A stretch of 64,000 bases of DNA from Octopus sinensis (Eukaryota), in the NCBI RefSeq assembly GCF_006345805.1, contig NC_042998.1, positions 89,342,001 through 89,406,000 on the forward strand. Direction: 5' to 3'. Made by a program: the position numbers and the translations under genes. This document shows positions 13,265-25,030 of this stretch, in pieces. The notes under the pieces were generated by a model. That model searched no databases. It was not told where the DNA came from and saw only the letters and a program-made list of their open reading frames with translations. Numbering within the stretch: position 1 is the stretch's first letter; each line of letters starts with the position of its first letter.

Positions 13265-14203
13265 GGCTAGTATACTTTACGATATATATTATATTACATA
13301 TTTAATATCTGTGTAAGAGTTTGAATTACTAGTTTGCTTTTACTGCTTTAGGCCAGTTAAGCAAAATCAAGAGCAACAACCCAACAAGATATTATTTGTG
13401 TCTGGCACACTGGGAATGTGCTAAGTTTATGATTAAGGGATTTGCTCCAGTTAATCGTAATCGTCTGTAGTAAGGTACAAGTAACGTATCATTACTTACA
13501 GCGCAGTGATATAAAACTGAGAATCGTTTCGTTAACTGGTAACACTGTTTCAAATTCTACAACAAAATTAGGAAGAAAAGATTCGATTTTTGAATAATTT
13601 TAGACCGTAGTGATTGTTGAATGAGGGATATAAACAAACAAGGAGTTTAATGGGCATTCATACAATCCTCACTCGGTATACATCTCTATTCCAAGTACCT
13701 CTCATTATAGCTGTATACATCTGTATTTTGACAGTATACCTTTTTACTTTTGTATCTCCATACTTCGTACCTCCATACTTCTGCATCTCCACACACAGAC
13801 ATTTCTATTTATCTGTTGTTCGAAATCTCTCTATGAGTTTTCATCTAAGTTCTTACATCCAAATAATAAGACAAAGGGTTCTTTAACATATCTTTAATGG
13901 TTGAATGTCTTTGTCTTAAAATTTGGATTATAATTTACTCTTCGCCAAAACCCACATAACGGTGTCACCGCGTGAAACCAGGATCTTCTACACTTGAAGA
14001 ATTTCGACATCGGTCTGGAACCCGACAGTGTTCATAGCCTAGAATTCGGGTTGATTGCTTGTCCGAAAATGCCTTCCTTTTATACCCTACCAGGACTTAA
14101 GTTCTTACATGTGTACATCTCTATGTTCCTTAATGACAAAAATAAAATGAAATGATATCTAAAAGTTTGAGAATAACTGATATAGCGGAACACACACACT
14201 TGT

Positions 14204-14312
14204 ATGCATGTATGTATGTATGTATGTATGTATGTATGTATGTATGTATGTATGTATGTATGTATGTATGTATTTATGTATGTATTATGTATGTATGTAT
14301 GTATGTATGTAT
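14204..14312. repeat. (TATG)n microsatellite
   Basis: Read directly from the sequence. Confidence 0.95.
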
Positions 14313-14339
14313 ATCGATTATTTGCAAACAATTTGCAGA

Positions 14340-15530
14340 TACAAGTGCAGCCAGTTGAAAGCTGTGTATACCGGACGCTAGCAGGCTTATGGGGGTCATC
14401 AGGGAGGAATGCGCGCCGTTTCGGGCCTTCTTCTCAGCGGCATTATTGTGTACAGGCTCCCTCACTAAGACGAGGCTTGGTTATTCAACTGATTACTTAA
14501 CTTCACTGAATATTCTTCTAGCCATTGTTCATCGCCTCTTTTTAACCAAATCCTCTGCATCCAACTTTGACTGTACAATCTTCAGCTTCTCCAACCTGTA
14601 TCTTTGTAATCCCCGAGGAGATGTTCATAACAGGGGATCTTTCGAGTTCGAGCTGCGCCCATGTTATCTTTATGAGGAACCCTTACTTCGATTAGATTTA
14701 TTACTTTCTTTTCCTCAGAGCACAAGAATATGTGGTTTCTTCGTAATTGGAGGAGGGAAGAATTATTCGTACCCTGATAAATCTGCAACCACCTCCCAAT
14801 AGCTGTTCCACTTTTCATCGTTCACAGGAAGTTTCTTCTTCAAACAGATCTGCTGCCTCGAAATATCCAGCTGGTTCCTTCTGTGGTTTCTTACTACTTT
14901 TGAGTAGAGCAATTTCGTTCTTTGCAGCTTTGAAGAGGAACTTAAGAAACAGATTGTATCTCCGGCTATATCCATCTAATGCCAGTGAACAGTTACAAAG
15001 AATATCTTTGTGTTCCTACTTTCCCTGCATCTGTATTTTTCACTTTTTGATGTTCCAATTCACTGTAGGATGAACTAATCAAACATTTTAGCCGTGATGT
15101 ACTCCACTTCCATATTTCATTCCAACTTTTTTTTCTCAATTATGTACTCTTGCCGTTTTGTCTTCTGAACTTGTGAGCATTGAATTAAATTAAGTTCACT
15201 TCTCTGTGCTTCCTTACCTTGACTGTTACTAACAAAAAATCTGTGTTCACTCTGCATAAAATCTGAAAACGGTCTGAATCGATCTGAGCCAAACCCAAGT
15301 CCCTTCCGAATAATTGTCGTGGCACCCACTGTATTTTGATGTTTAAGTAAAGATAAGATATCGGTTTCTGCTTCTGCTTTCCACTTCCTGACTGCTTTTA
15401 AATCTATTTCTGTATCCATCGACTCTCTTTGCGTCACTCTTCGTACCCATCCTACTTCACAAATTTCGACGATTGACATCAGAAGTAACGAAGTAACCTC
15501 CTTTACAGTAAAGAACTGAGCTGTTCATTA
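14340..15530 (-). mobile_element. HERO-like (RLE clade) non-LTR retrotransposon, decayed 3' portion
   Basis: Minus-strand peptides RKWKAEAETDILSLLKHQNTVGATTIIRKGLGFG and KVINLIEVRVPHKDNMGAARTRK...YEHLLGDYKDTGW resemble the HERO post-RT region and the RLE endonuclease (ELTVPWEEN-type motif). Confidence 0.65.
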
Positions 15531-15634
15531 TCCGAAGTAGACCTCACTATTTCCTAATGTATACATTGCACGTTGGCTCAGTGATTTGAGACAGTACCAC
15601 TTCGTATGTATGTGTATGTGTGTATATATATATA

Positions 15635-15693
<59 letters not shown>

Positions 15694-16081
15694 TGTGTGT
15701 ATGTGTAAATTATGGTTTACCTGATAAACTATTCTCTCCATATGGATCTCTATTACTTTTTACTGTATCTTCTCAAAATTATCTACCTTCGCCTACTTAT
15801 CTTTTTATATCTACATCATAATCATGATAAAACTGATTCAACGTCGTTCGTTATATTTTTTATTAGAATATTTTAGTTAAAACAGCTGTTGTTTGCTTAA
15901 ACATAAAACTGATGAGGATCTAACATTATCAGAATATGTTATAAGTTGACCCAAGGCAGACGGATATTTTCAGAAATGAAATTTTGCAGTATTTCAAGAA
16001 AATACATGTTACACCTGTGATCCATCGAGAAGAAATTTCACTTGACATTCAGATGTAAAACAATCCAAAGTGTTATTTTCG

Positions 16082-16121
<40 letters not shown>

Positions 16122-16150
16122 GTGTGTGTGTGTGTGCATATATATATGTA

Positions 16151-16194
<44 letters not shown>

Positions 16195-16210
16195 TACTCA
16201 CACACGCATA

Positions 16211-16266
<56 letters not shown>

Positions 16267-16269
<3 letters not shown>

Positions 16270-17709
16270 TAATGTATATATGTATGCATTAGCACAAGCT
16301 GTCTGCAGGAAATGTAAAAAAACTGCATGGGTATATGTTTACTGATATCTTAGAATGTATATATGCACGTATATATGTATTTATATGTTTATATGTATTA
16401 ATAACAGGAGAAGAAGCGAGTGTGCGAATAGAAATAGTAATCTAATAAACTAATGAAGAAACACATACGCGTACATATCTCTCAGACACACACAGACACA
16501 AGCACGTGTGCTTCTCTTTCCCACAAACGCCCATATATGTGTTCAAAATCAAGTTCAGAAATTAAAAACATTGAAAATACAAATTAGAAAATGTTGCAGG
16601 ATTTAGATGCAACATATATTACTTGTGAATAATTTTAGATAGTTTCTTCTCAGGAAAATTCATTAAAAGCCAGTCAGTATCTATATCTACATGCATATAT
16701 ACATGTGTGTATGTGTGTGGAATACATTATTTGCCGCTGCTAGCTGGGAATAATTGACTCAGCTGATAAGGCAAGACTAGAACCTATCTCGTTAACCAAA
16801 AATATAAACATTCCTTCGCTTTGGATAATGTCTACCAACTGAAGTTAGGCCCACGCTGATTTACTTCGGCTTTGGAATCATTTCCAAAATAATTAGAATT
16901 CATTTCATTCGTTGGTTGCAAAAAAGACAAAAGGCTAATAAAGACGTATGAATATATCATAAAATTGTTATTTCTATAAATATGTTAGGAATGAAATTTC
17001 GTATTCAGACGCTCGTGAGCATGAACTCACACACACACACACACGTGCCTATATACAAGTGCACATATATTATATTAAAGAGCTGTATTACTGAAGCAAT
17101 TTTATTTTTATGTATACTTTTTTCTACTGTAAGTACAAGGCTTGAAATTTCGTGGGAATAGCTTAGTTGATTATAACGATCCCAACGTTCAACTGGTACT
17201 TATTGTATCGCCCCGAAAGGATAAAAAGCAAAATCAAATCCGGAGAATTTAAACTAATGTTTTATGTATTATGTTAAAAATTTGCCATTTTATGTTGCAT
17301 TATATGCTGGTTACGCTAGGTATATCGCATTAATGTAATTCCTTCATTTACAAATTTTCTTTCTATAAGCCACTACCACATCTGTTTTTCTTCTTCATAC
17401 TACAGAAATCTAGACTGCTCAAGTTCGATTTAAACCAATCTTTTAATGCACTAATCTTTAACTTGTGCATTTGATGTGCCTGCCTCTATTGCAAGAGGTA
17501 CTTCATTACTTCAGCAGCATGCTTCATCTCGTACGGTTTGAAGTTAAATACATTGAATATTATCAGTTGATCACCACGTCTGTATGTTAAAGACGGGTTT
17601 ACAAAGATAATTATTTTCAAAAAGAATTACAATTAAAACCAAAGGAATGAAGCATATTTCATAAAAGACAACTTATATTTTGTAAATAGTCACTTTAAGA
17701 ATATGTATG

Positions 17710-17743
<34 letters not shown>

Positions 17744-19357
17744 TGTATGTATGTATGTATGTGTATGTATGTATGTGTATGTATGTATGTATATATATAT
17801 ATATATTATATATATATATATATAATATATATATATACATACATACATATATATATATACATACATATATATATACATATATATATACATACATACATAT
17901 ATACATTATATATATATATATATACTAATGTATATATGTATGCATTAGCACAAGCTGTCTGCAGGAAATGTAAAAAAACTGCATGGGTATATGTTTACTG
18001 ATATCTTAGAATGTATATATGCACGTATATATGTATTTATATGTTTATATGTATTAATAACAGGAGAAGAAGCGAGTGTGCGAATAGAAATAGTAATCTA
18101 ATAAACTAATGAAGAAACACATACGCGTACATATCTCTCAGACACACACAGACACAAGCACGTGTGCTTCTCTTTCCCACAAACGCCCATATATGTGTTC
18201 AAAATCAAGTTCAGAAATTAAAAACATTGAAAATACAAATTAGAAAATGTTGCAGGATTTAGATGCAACATATATTACTTGTGAATAATTTTAGATAGTT
18301 TCTTCTCAGGAAAATTCATTAAAAGCCAGTCAGTATCTATATCTACATGCATATATACATGTGTGTATGTGTGTGGAATACATTATTTGCCGCTGCTAGC
18401 TGGGAATAATTGACTCAGCTGATAAGGCAAGACTAGAACCTATCTCGTTAACCAAAAATATAAACATTCCTTCGCTTTGGATAATGTCTACCAACTGAAG
18501 TTAGGCCCACGCTGATTTACTTCGGCTTTGGAATCATTTCCAAAATAATTAGAATTCATTTCATTCGTTGGTTGCAAAAAAGACAAAAGGCTAATAAAGA
18601 CGTATGAATATATCATAAAATTGTTATTTCTATAAATATGTTAGGAATGAAATTTCGTATTCAGACGCTCGTGAGCATGAACTCACACACACACACACAC
18701 GTGCCTATATACAAGTGCACATATATTATATTAAAGAGCTGTATTACTGAAGCAATTTTATTTTTATGTATACTTTTTTCTACTGTAAGTACAAGGCTTG
18801 AAATTTCGTGGGAATAGCTTAGTTGATTATAACGATCCCAACGTTCAACTGGTACTTATTGTATCGCCCCGAAAGGATAAAAAGCAAAATCAAATCCGGA
18901 GAATTTAAACTAATGTTTTATGTATTATGTTAAAAATTTGCCATTTTATGTTGCATTATATGCTGGTTACGCTAGGTTATATCGCATTAATGTAATTCCT
19001 TCATTTACAAATTTTCTTTCTATAAGCCACTACCACATCTGTTTTTCTTCTTCATACTACAGAAATCTAGACTGCTCAAGTTCGATTTAAACCAATCTTT
19101 TAATGCACTAATCTTTAACTTGTGCATTTGATGTGCCTGCCTCTATTGCAAGAGGTACTTCATTACTTCAGCAGCATGCTTCATCTCGTACGGTTTGAAG
19201 TTAAATACATTGAATATTATCAGTTGATCACCACGTCTGTATGTTAAAGACGGGTTTACAAAGATAATTATTTTCAAAAAGAATTACAATTAAAACCAAA
19301 GGAATGAAGCATATTTCATAAAAGACAACTTATATTTTGTAAATAGTCACTTTAAGA
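16267..19357. repeat. Near-identical tandem duplication, period ~1656 bp (unique parts ~16267-17700 and ~17923-19357)
   Basis: The copies match throughout; the only difference I saw in the unique part is a 1-nt indel (GCTAGGTATATC vs GCTAGGTTATATC). Both are bounded by (TA)/(TATG) microsatellites. Confidence 0.95.
17120..17255 (-). mobile_element. SINE family A fragment (duplicated at 18776-18911)
   Basis: Contains ACAAGGCTTGAAATTT...CAACTGGTACTTATT...CCCCGAAAGGAT, the reverse complement of the family core. Confidence 0.7.
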
Positions 19358-19419
19358 ATATGTATGTATATATGTATGTATGTGTATGTATGTATGTATT
19401 ATGTATGTATGTATGTATG

Positions 19420-19465
<46 letters not shown>

Positions 19466-19512
19466 CATATATATATATACATACATATATATATACATAC
19501 ATATATATATAC

Positions 19513-19555
<43 letters not shown>

Positions 19556-20402
19556 TATCTGTTGTTCAAAATATCAAAGTTTATGGCCCATCTTTCAGCA
19601 GATTTTTGCAGCTACCCAGGACGGTCTAGAGTAACAACCAATTTCATTGAGGATATCCATATTACAGTGAGCAACAGTTACATTGCTCACAACGTTTGCT
19701 GTTATGGCTCGACAAGTTCGTTTAATCTCGATAAAGTTTCTTAAACTTTTTCATTTACACATTACAACAAATCATAGAATATAATTATACTTATTAACAG
19801 TCTGTATTACATAGATAAAGTTCAATATAGAATATTTGAAATGAAAATATTTTCTCAACGCGCATTCTTGTGGTTTTATTAATATTGTAATTAAATGGAT
19901 AATATTAATCAATTCATCTTTAACGTTATACCATTTAGACGAAAATATTCTCTTTTTATTCGCCAATAATTGAATCGTGATTTAATGAACGGAAATAATT
20001 AATATCTAATTATCAGTATACTTTTGTCTTTAAACTAAGTCGTGCTTACACACATACACGCACGCACGTACACACACACACGCGCGCGAGGTACGCTTGT
20101 ACGTGTGTTTCTGTGCTAGCATGCGCATGTATGAGTGTGCATCTCTATGTTTTGCGTATATTCTTATCTAAGTAGTTAGCTCTTTGCAATCATTTCTGTT
20201 GAAGCTGCAACTCTCTCATATCTATACGCGCATAAGTATATACAAATCAAAAGCATATACATGACAGTTTGGTTGTGAAGGTTATGTGTATCTAACTAAC
20301 TAAATATACCGCATTACAAGAATAAGGGAAAATAAACAAGTGCCAAAATTTAAACCATAGTAACGACAAAAACCGCAGTACACATACACTCAACCTCATA
20401 TA

Positions 20403-20473
<71 letters not shown>

Positions 20474-21649
20474 TTTAGGTATTTATGTATATACGTATAT
20501 GTGTGTATATGAAATATATGTATAGAAGCACACACACACACATACATACATACATACATACATACATACATACAACATACATACATACATACATACATAC
20601 ATACATACATACATACATACACACACACATACATAAATGTGCGCTTGTGTCTGTGTGAGACTAAGAGACACAAGTGACGCAACGAAATACATCATTACAC
20701 ACAAAAGAAAAATAAGATAAAAACCAAAGACTCAAAAACTCGTCATGACTGGGCGGCTTAAACAACATCTGAAGATGTATACATGTCAAAATCCCACATG
20801 ATCTTTGGAACAATAAAAACCATAAAGCAATAAACAAATTAGCATTCTTTCAGAGTATGGAGTTACACAACATTATCTGCCGGCTAGCTAGATGAATAAA
20901 ACAAAGGTATTCGTTAGCAATTTGCTGACACAAACAAAACATTTTTAGATGTGTGCGTATACTAATTGACATTGTTAAAATAAAAAAACAAAAATTTGAT
21001 TTTACACTTTGTTCCCAGAGGGCAATGTCTAGAATTCTTCTTTTTTCTATCTTTTTTTTTTTTTTTTTGCTTTCTTTTATTTTTAGTATTTCTGAAACTG
21101 TAAGCTGAATAAAACAAGAGAAGATGCATCACGACTGTAACCAATCTTTCCAATTTGCAATTGAAAACTGCTGACTACACTACCGCATACATTATGATGG
21201 TAAATATGATGACGATGATGAGAAAGAGGAGAAAGGGGATTGCTGTTGTTGTGGCAACTACTGCCACAGCTAATGATTTAAAAAATCTCAGGCAGAAGGC
21301 TAATATACATTTGGGGAAGGCAAAAAGTCGATTTCATAGACTACAGAATTTGATTGCTGCATATTTTATCCATATCCACCGCACCAGGCTCTGCATACGA
21401 ATGGCAAAATGAACCCCGGTGGAAATTAAAGCGAGAACATAAAAATAATTACCGCATGGTATTTACGATACCGATTGCCGAAGGATGCAGCTGCTACTAC
21501 CACTACTATTGCTACCACAATTATGCTTAAAGCTTATGTTACTGAGCGATGGTAAGGAACTTGCTACTGTTTCAGCCATTAGTAATATATATATATATAT
21601 ATTCCGAATTTGTGTAAATGTGTATAGAATAATATATCAACTGAATGAA

Positions 21650-22875
21650 GTTACAGCGTGGTCTGGCCTTCACGGTTTTTATTAGTGTACTAGCAGAGAT
21701 ACCTGTCTCGTTGCTGGGGATTAAAATGGCATATTTTGTATATACATTACAGTTATGTTGAAATAGGTGACACGGGAAAGTGCTGCATTGACGACAAAAC
21801 ATTTGTGAAGTAAATGATGGGCTAATTGTACTAAGCGACATGTCATGCATCTGGAATATTCCAGGCCCTAACCTGTCATGGAAATTAGGTGGGTGGGTGG
21901 GATTGGCTTATGATTTTTGAACGCACCGAAAAGCTGTTACTGGATACACTCACCTTTGCGGCAATCAGGGCTGCGTCTAATACGACCCATCGTCAGAAGT
22001 TTTGACACCTCCTTCGTGTTTGTTGTCCTACATCACTCACGAAGTAAATTCGGAAGAAGTGTAGTTAGTTGTTCATTTGTGGGTAACAGGGAAGCAATGA
22101 GGTGATAGACTTGTCTTTGAACTTTCAAGACTAGTGTAAATCCATGTTCAACTATCTCCTTAGATGCACCAAAGGACGTCGTTTGAAATATAGATATTGT
22201 TCAGAAAATCCTTTGACTGGATGGAAGCACCTTCCAGAAGTTCTATAAGAGGTTGAGGAGGAGCTGATAGTGCTAGCAATCGTACCTTACCGCCTGAGCA
22301 GCGCATGCCATTAGATTCATTTGGAAATTTGGGGAAAGTCTCATCTCCCTTCTGTATTGAGACTCTATCTGACGTGTTACAGCATGCGCTTGCTGGTCTT
22401 GAGAAAGTGTCGTTTCGCTTGACTTGAAACTCCATTTGACATGCTGCAGTATGCATTTACTGATCTTAGGAAAGTCTCATGGCACTTCTGTATTGAGACG
22501 CTATCTGACGTGTTGTAACATGCCTTTGCTAATCTTGAGAAAGTGTCGTTTCGATTCTGTCTTGAGACTCTATTTGACGTGGTGCAGTATGCATTTCGTG
22601 ATCTTGGGTAAGTCTCATCTCCCTTCTGTATTGAGACTTCATCTAATGTGCTGCAGCATGATTTGCTGATGATGAGAAAGTCCCATCTCGCTTCTGTCTT
22701 GACACTCAATTTGGTGTGCTGCAGCATGCGTTTCCTAATAATATAGGGAGGCTACAGCGCCCTGTATGGGCAACGGCCAAATTTGGACTCCTCTAAAACC
22801 TTCTCCGAATATTGAAAAACCTTCATGCCAAATTTGGAACAGATTGACCCAGCGGTTTGGCCGTGCATAGGGGAA

Positions 22876-22908
<33 letters not shown>

Positions 22909-22925
22909 TTGAATTTTATAATATA
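21650..22925 (-). mobile_element. Helitron remnant: 5' terminus plus N-terminal RepHel coding fragment
   Basis: Minus-strand peptides KFPNESNGMRCSGGKVRLLALSAPPQPLIELLEGASIQSKDFLNNI and GFTLVLKVQRQVYHLIASLLP match the Helitron Rep N-terminal signatures (CC.xGKV.LP; GQVYH.IGSLLP). The 5' end TATATTATAAA-(GT)n-...CCAAATTTGG resembles Lep1-type Helitron starts. The left boundary is approximate. Confidence 0.8.
22333..22734 (-). repeat. ~69-bp tandem repeat (~6 units) encoding 23-aa STPR-like repeats inside the Helitron
   Basis: The unit GAAAGTCTCATCTCCCTTCTGTATTGAGACTCTATCTGACGTGTTACAGCATGCGCTTGCTGGTCTTGA translates on the minus strand as QDQQAHAVTRQIESQYRREMRLS. Confidence 0.8.
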
Positions 22926-23116
22926 CCAGGTCAGATTTTAAAATAAGATTTATATATTGTTGAAGTGTGTTAAGCATTAAAAAAATATCTTTTGATATTT
23001 CTTTTAATATATTTTAAATATACTAAATCTTTTTTTTAATGTTTAACACACTTCAACATGGTAAAATATTTTAAAAATACAATAAGAAACGTGAAAACCA
23101 GACCATGTTGTAACTT

Positions 23117-23166
<50 letters not shown>

Positions 23167-23179
23167 GATTTCTCATCAA

Positions 23180-23830
23180 GAGTAGAGTCCACTGTGATCT
23201 GTGAGTAGGAGAGGTGCAGCCGGAAATAAAAATTTGAATTTGAACTAAGGATGTATAGATTTCACATCCTTTGATTTTTGTTTTTCATTTATTTACTTAT
23301 TACGATGTTCTTAAAGCTTCTAGAGCGAGTGAGTACAAAACTGTTTCTTTGATATATCAGTAACTGCGTTATGGGAAATATAGAGGTCAAGTAAAATATA
23401 TCTCTTGGTTGTGTTGGAGAGCGTATATCATCTATAAGATATTGGTCGCAGTGAGGATAGGTTTGTAGCTGACGGGATCAGAGAAATTGCCTACCTTAAG
23501 AAAGAGGGACTGTGCTATATTTCCATGGTTTGTTTCTATCATTGTAAAGCGAATAAAATTGAAGTGCTTGATGTAGATAATATTGAGCTTTGGAGTAAAC
23601 TATTTGGAAGTATGAGGACATTCCTCGAATTCGTCATCTTGAGAAGCTGTAATAATAGATGTTTTGCTACTTAGTGACTGTTTATATAATGGTAAGTGAG
23701 ACTGAACGAAGGAGATTCGCATATGAGTTTGCAGTATGAAACTGGGAAAATGTCTAGATATAAATGTTGGGATTTTCTCCGTAGGTGTGGTACTTCCGCT
23801 CTTAGTTATGGAGTCATATATAAAAGGATT
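23180..23830 (-). mobile_element. Possible heavily decayed Penelope-like RT fragment
   Basis: Minus-strand SITKSGSTTPTEKIPTFI resembles the PLE RPIISG.GTPTEKIS motif; the rest is badly eroded. Confidence 0.35.
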
Positions 23831-24006
23831 CCCGTCATCATTTTATTTTGTTAAAAAGTTGAAAACGATGCAGATTTTAAAGAAAATGCAAAACTTTCAA
23901 AATATGAATTTTCGTGTAGATTTTAAGTACCGATTTTTTGGTGGGGAATGCAGAGGACAGCAATTTGGGCATGTCTGTGTGTGTGTGTGTTTGCGTGTGT
24001 GTACAC

Positions 24007-24043
<37 letters not shown>

Positions 24044-24050
<7 letters not shown>

Positions 24051-24303
24051 ATCACGTGACCGACCAGACTATCAGATGTTGCTACACATCGCTGGTCACA
24101 ATGTATTCGCATTGTTTTTTAGTCTTCGAACGACGCCACCCCGTTGGCTAAGCGAGCAGGCCAATGGAAGAAAGAGTGGTGAAGGAGTACAGCAGGGATC
24201 ACCACCCCCTGCCGTTAGGTGTTTTCGCTCCATAAACACACACAACGCCCGGTCTGGGAATCGAAACCGCAATCCTACGACTGCGAGTTCGCTGCCCTAA
24301 CCA
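24044..24303 (-). mobile_element. tRNA-derived SINE (family C)
   Basis: Minus-strand head GTGGTTAGGGCAGCGAACTCGCAGTCGTAGGATTGCGGTTTCGATTCCCAGACCGGGCG with A/B boxes; flanked by TA repeats. Confidence 0.75.
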
Positions 24304-24379
24304 CATATAAATATATGCCTATATAGATACATATATGTACATACCCACATATATATGTATATATATACATGCATATATG

Positions 24380-24928
24380 GGTACAGGACATCAAAAGAAC
24401 GTTGAACACAATGAGAAACGAAAACATAAAAGCAAAAACATGGAAAACGAACCTTTTTTTGAACAACGAAAAAAGCAAACAGAGAAACGAGACATGCAAC
24501 ATAAAAAATATTCCCCTTCATCAGTTATCCCTGCTTCATGTACTCCGCGTTCGAAAGCAAGGACAATACGTGACTTCGTTAAAACAGTTCTTCCCGCAAA
24601 GCAAATTAAATAATATTTGGGACTTTTTGCGGAGGGTGAAAGTGGTAACAAGAACAGGACAGTGAGAACAAGATAGTAAAAACAAACGGTGAGGGTTGTT
24701 AGCCAAGACGATAGAAAAATTATTATGAACGCTAGGAAGACGAGCTTATGAGAGGAAACAGATATAAGCACGTGTTGTCTTTAGGAAGGAAATGAGCAGA
24801 AAGATTCTCTTTCGACACGTGTAACCGACGAGAGAGTCAAGGAGGAAGGGTGAGAGAGACGGAACGGTGAAGGAGAGAGGAGAAGAATAGGGAAGGATAG
24901 GAGAGAAAACCAGAAAGGATGAAGAACA

Positions 24929-24975
<47 letters not shown>

Positions 24976-25030
24976 AGAGATAGTAGAGATAGAAGATTGC
25001 GCAAATTTAAAGAGAAACAAAAGACGAAGT
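24380..25030 (-). mobile_element. Probable Penelope-like element terminal region
   Basis: Purine/pyrimidine-skewed repeat ending ...GATGTCCTGTACC on the minus strand, with a CTGATGAAGGGG word. The family assignment is by resemblance only. Confidence 0.35.

Noticed and set aside
22333-22734. CRISPR-like array
   Set aside because: These are contiguous coding tandem repeats without unique spacers, in a eukaryotic Helitron.
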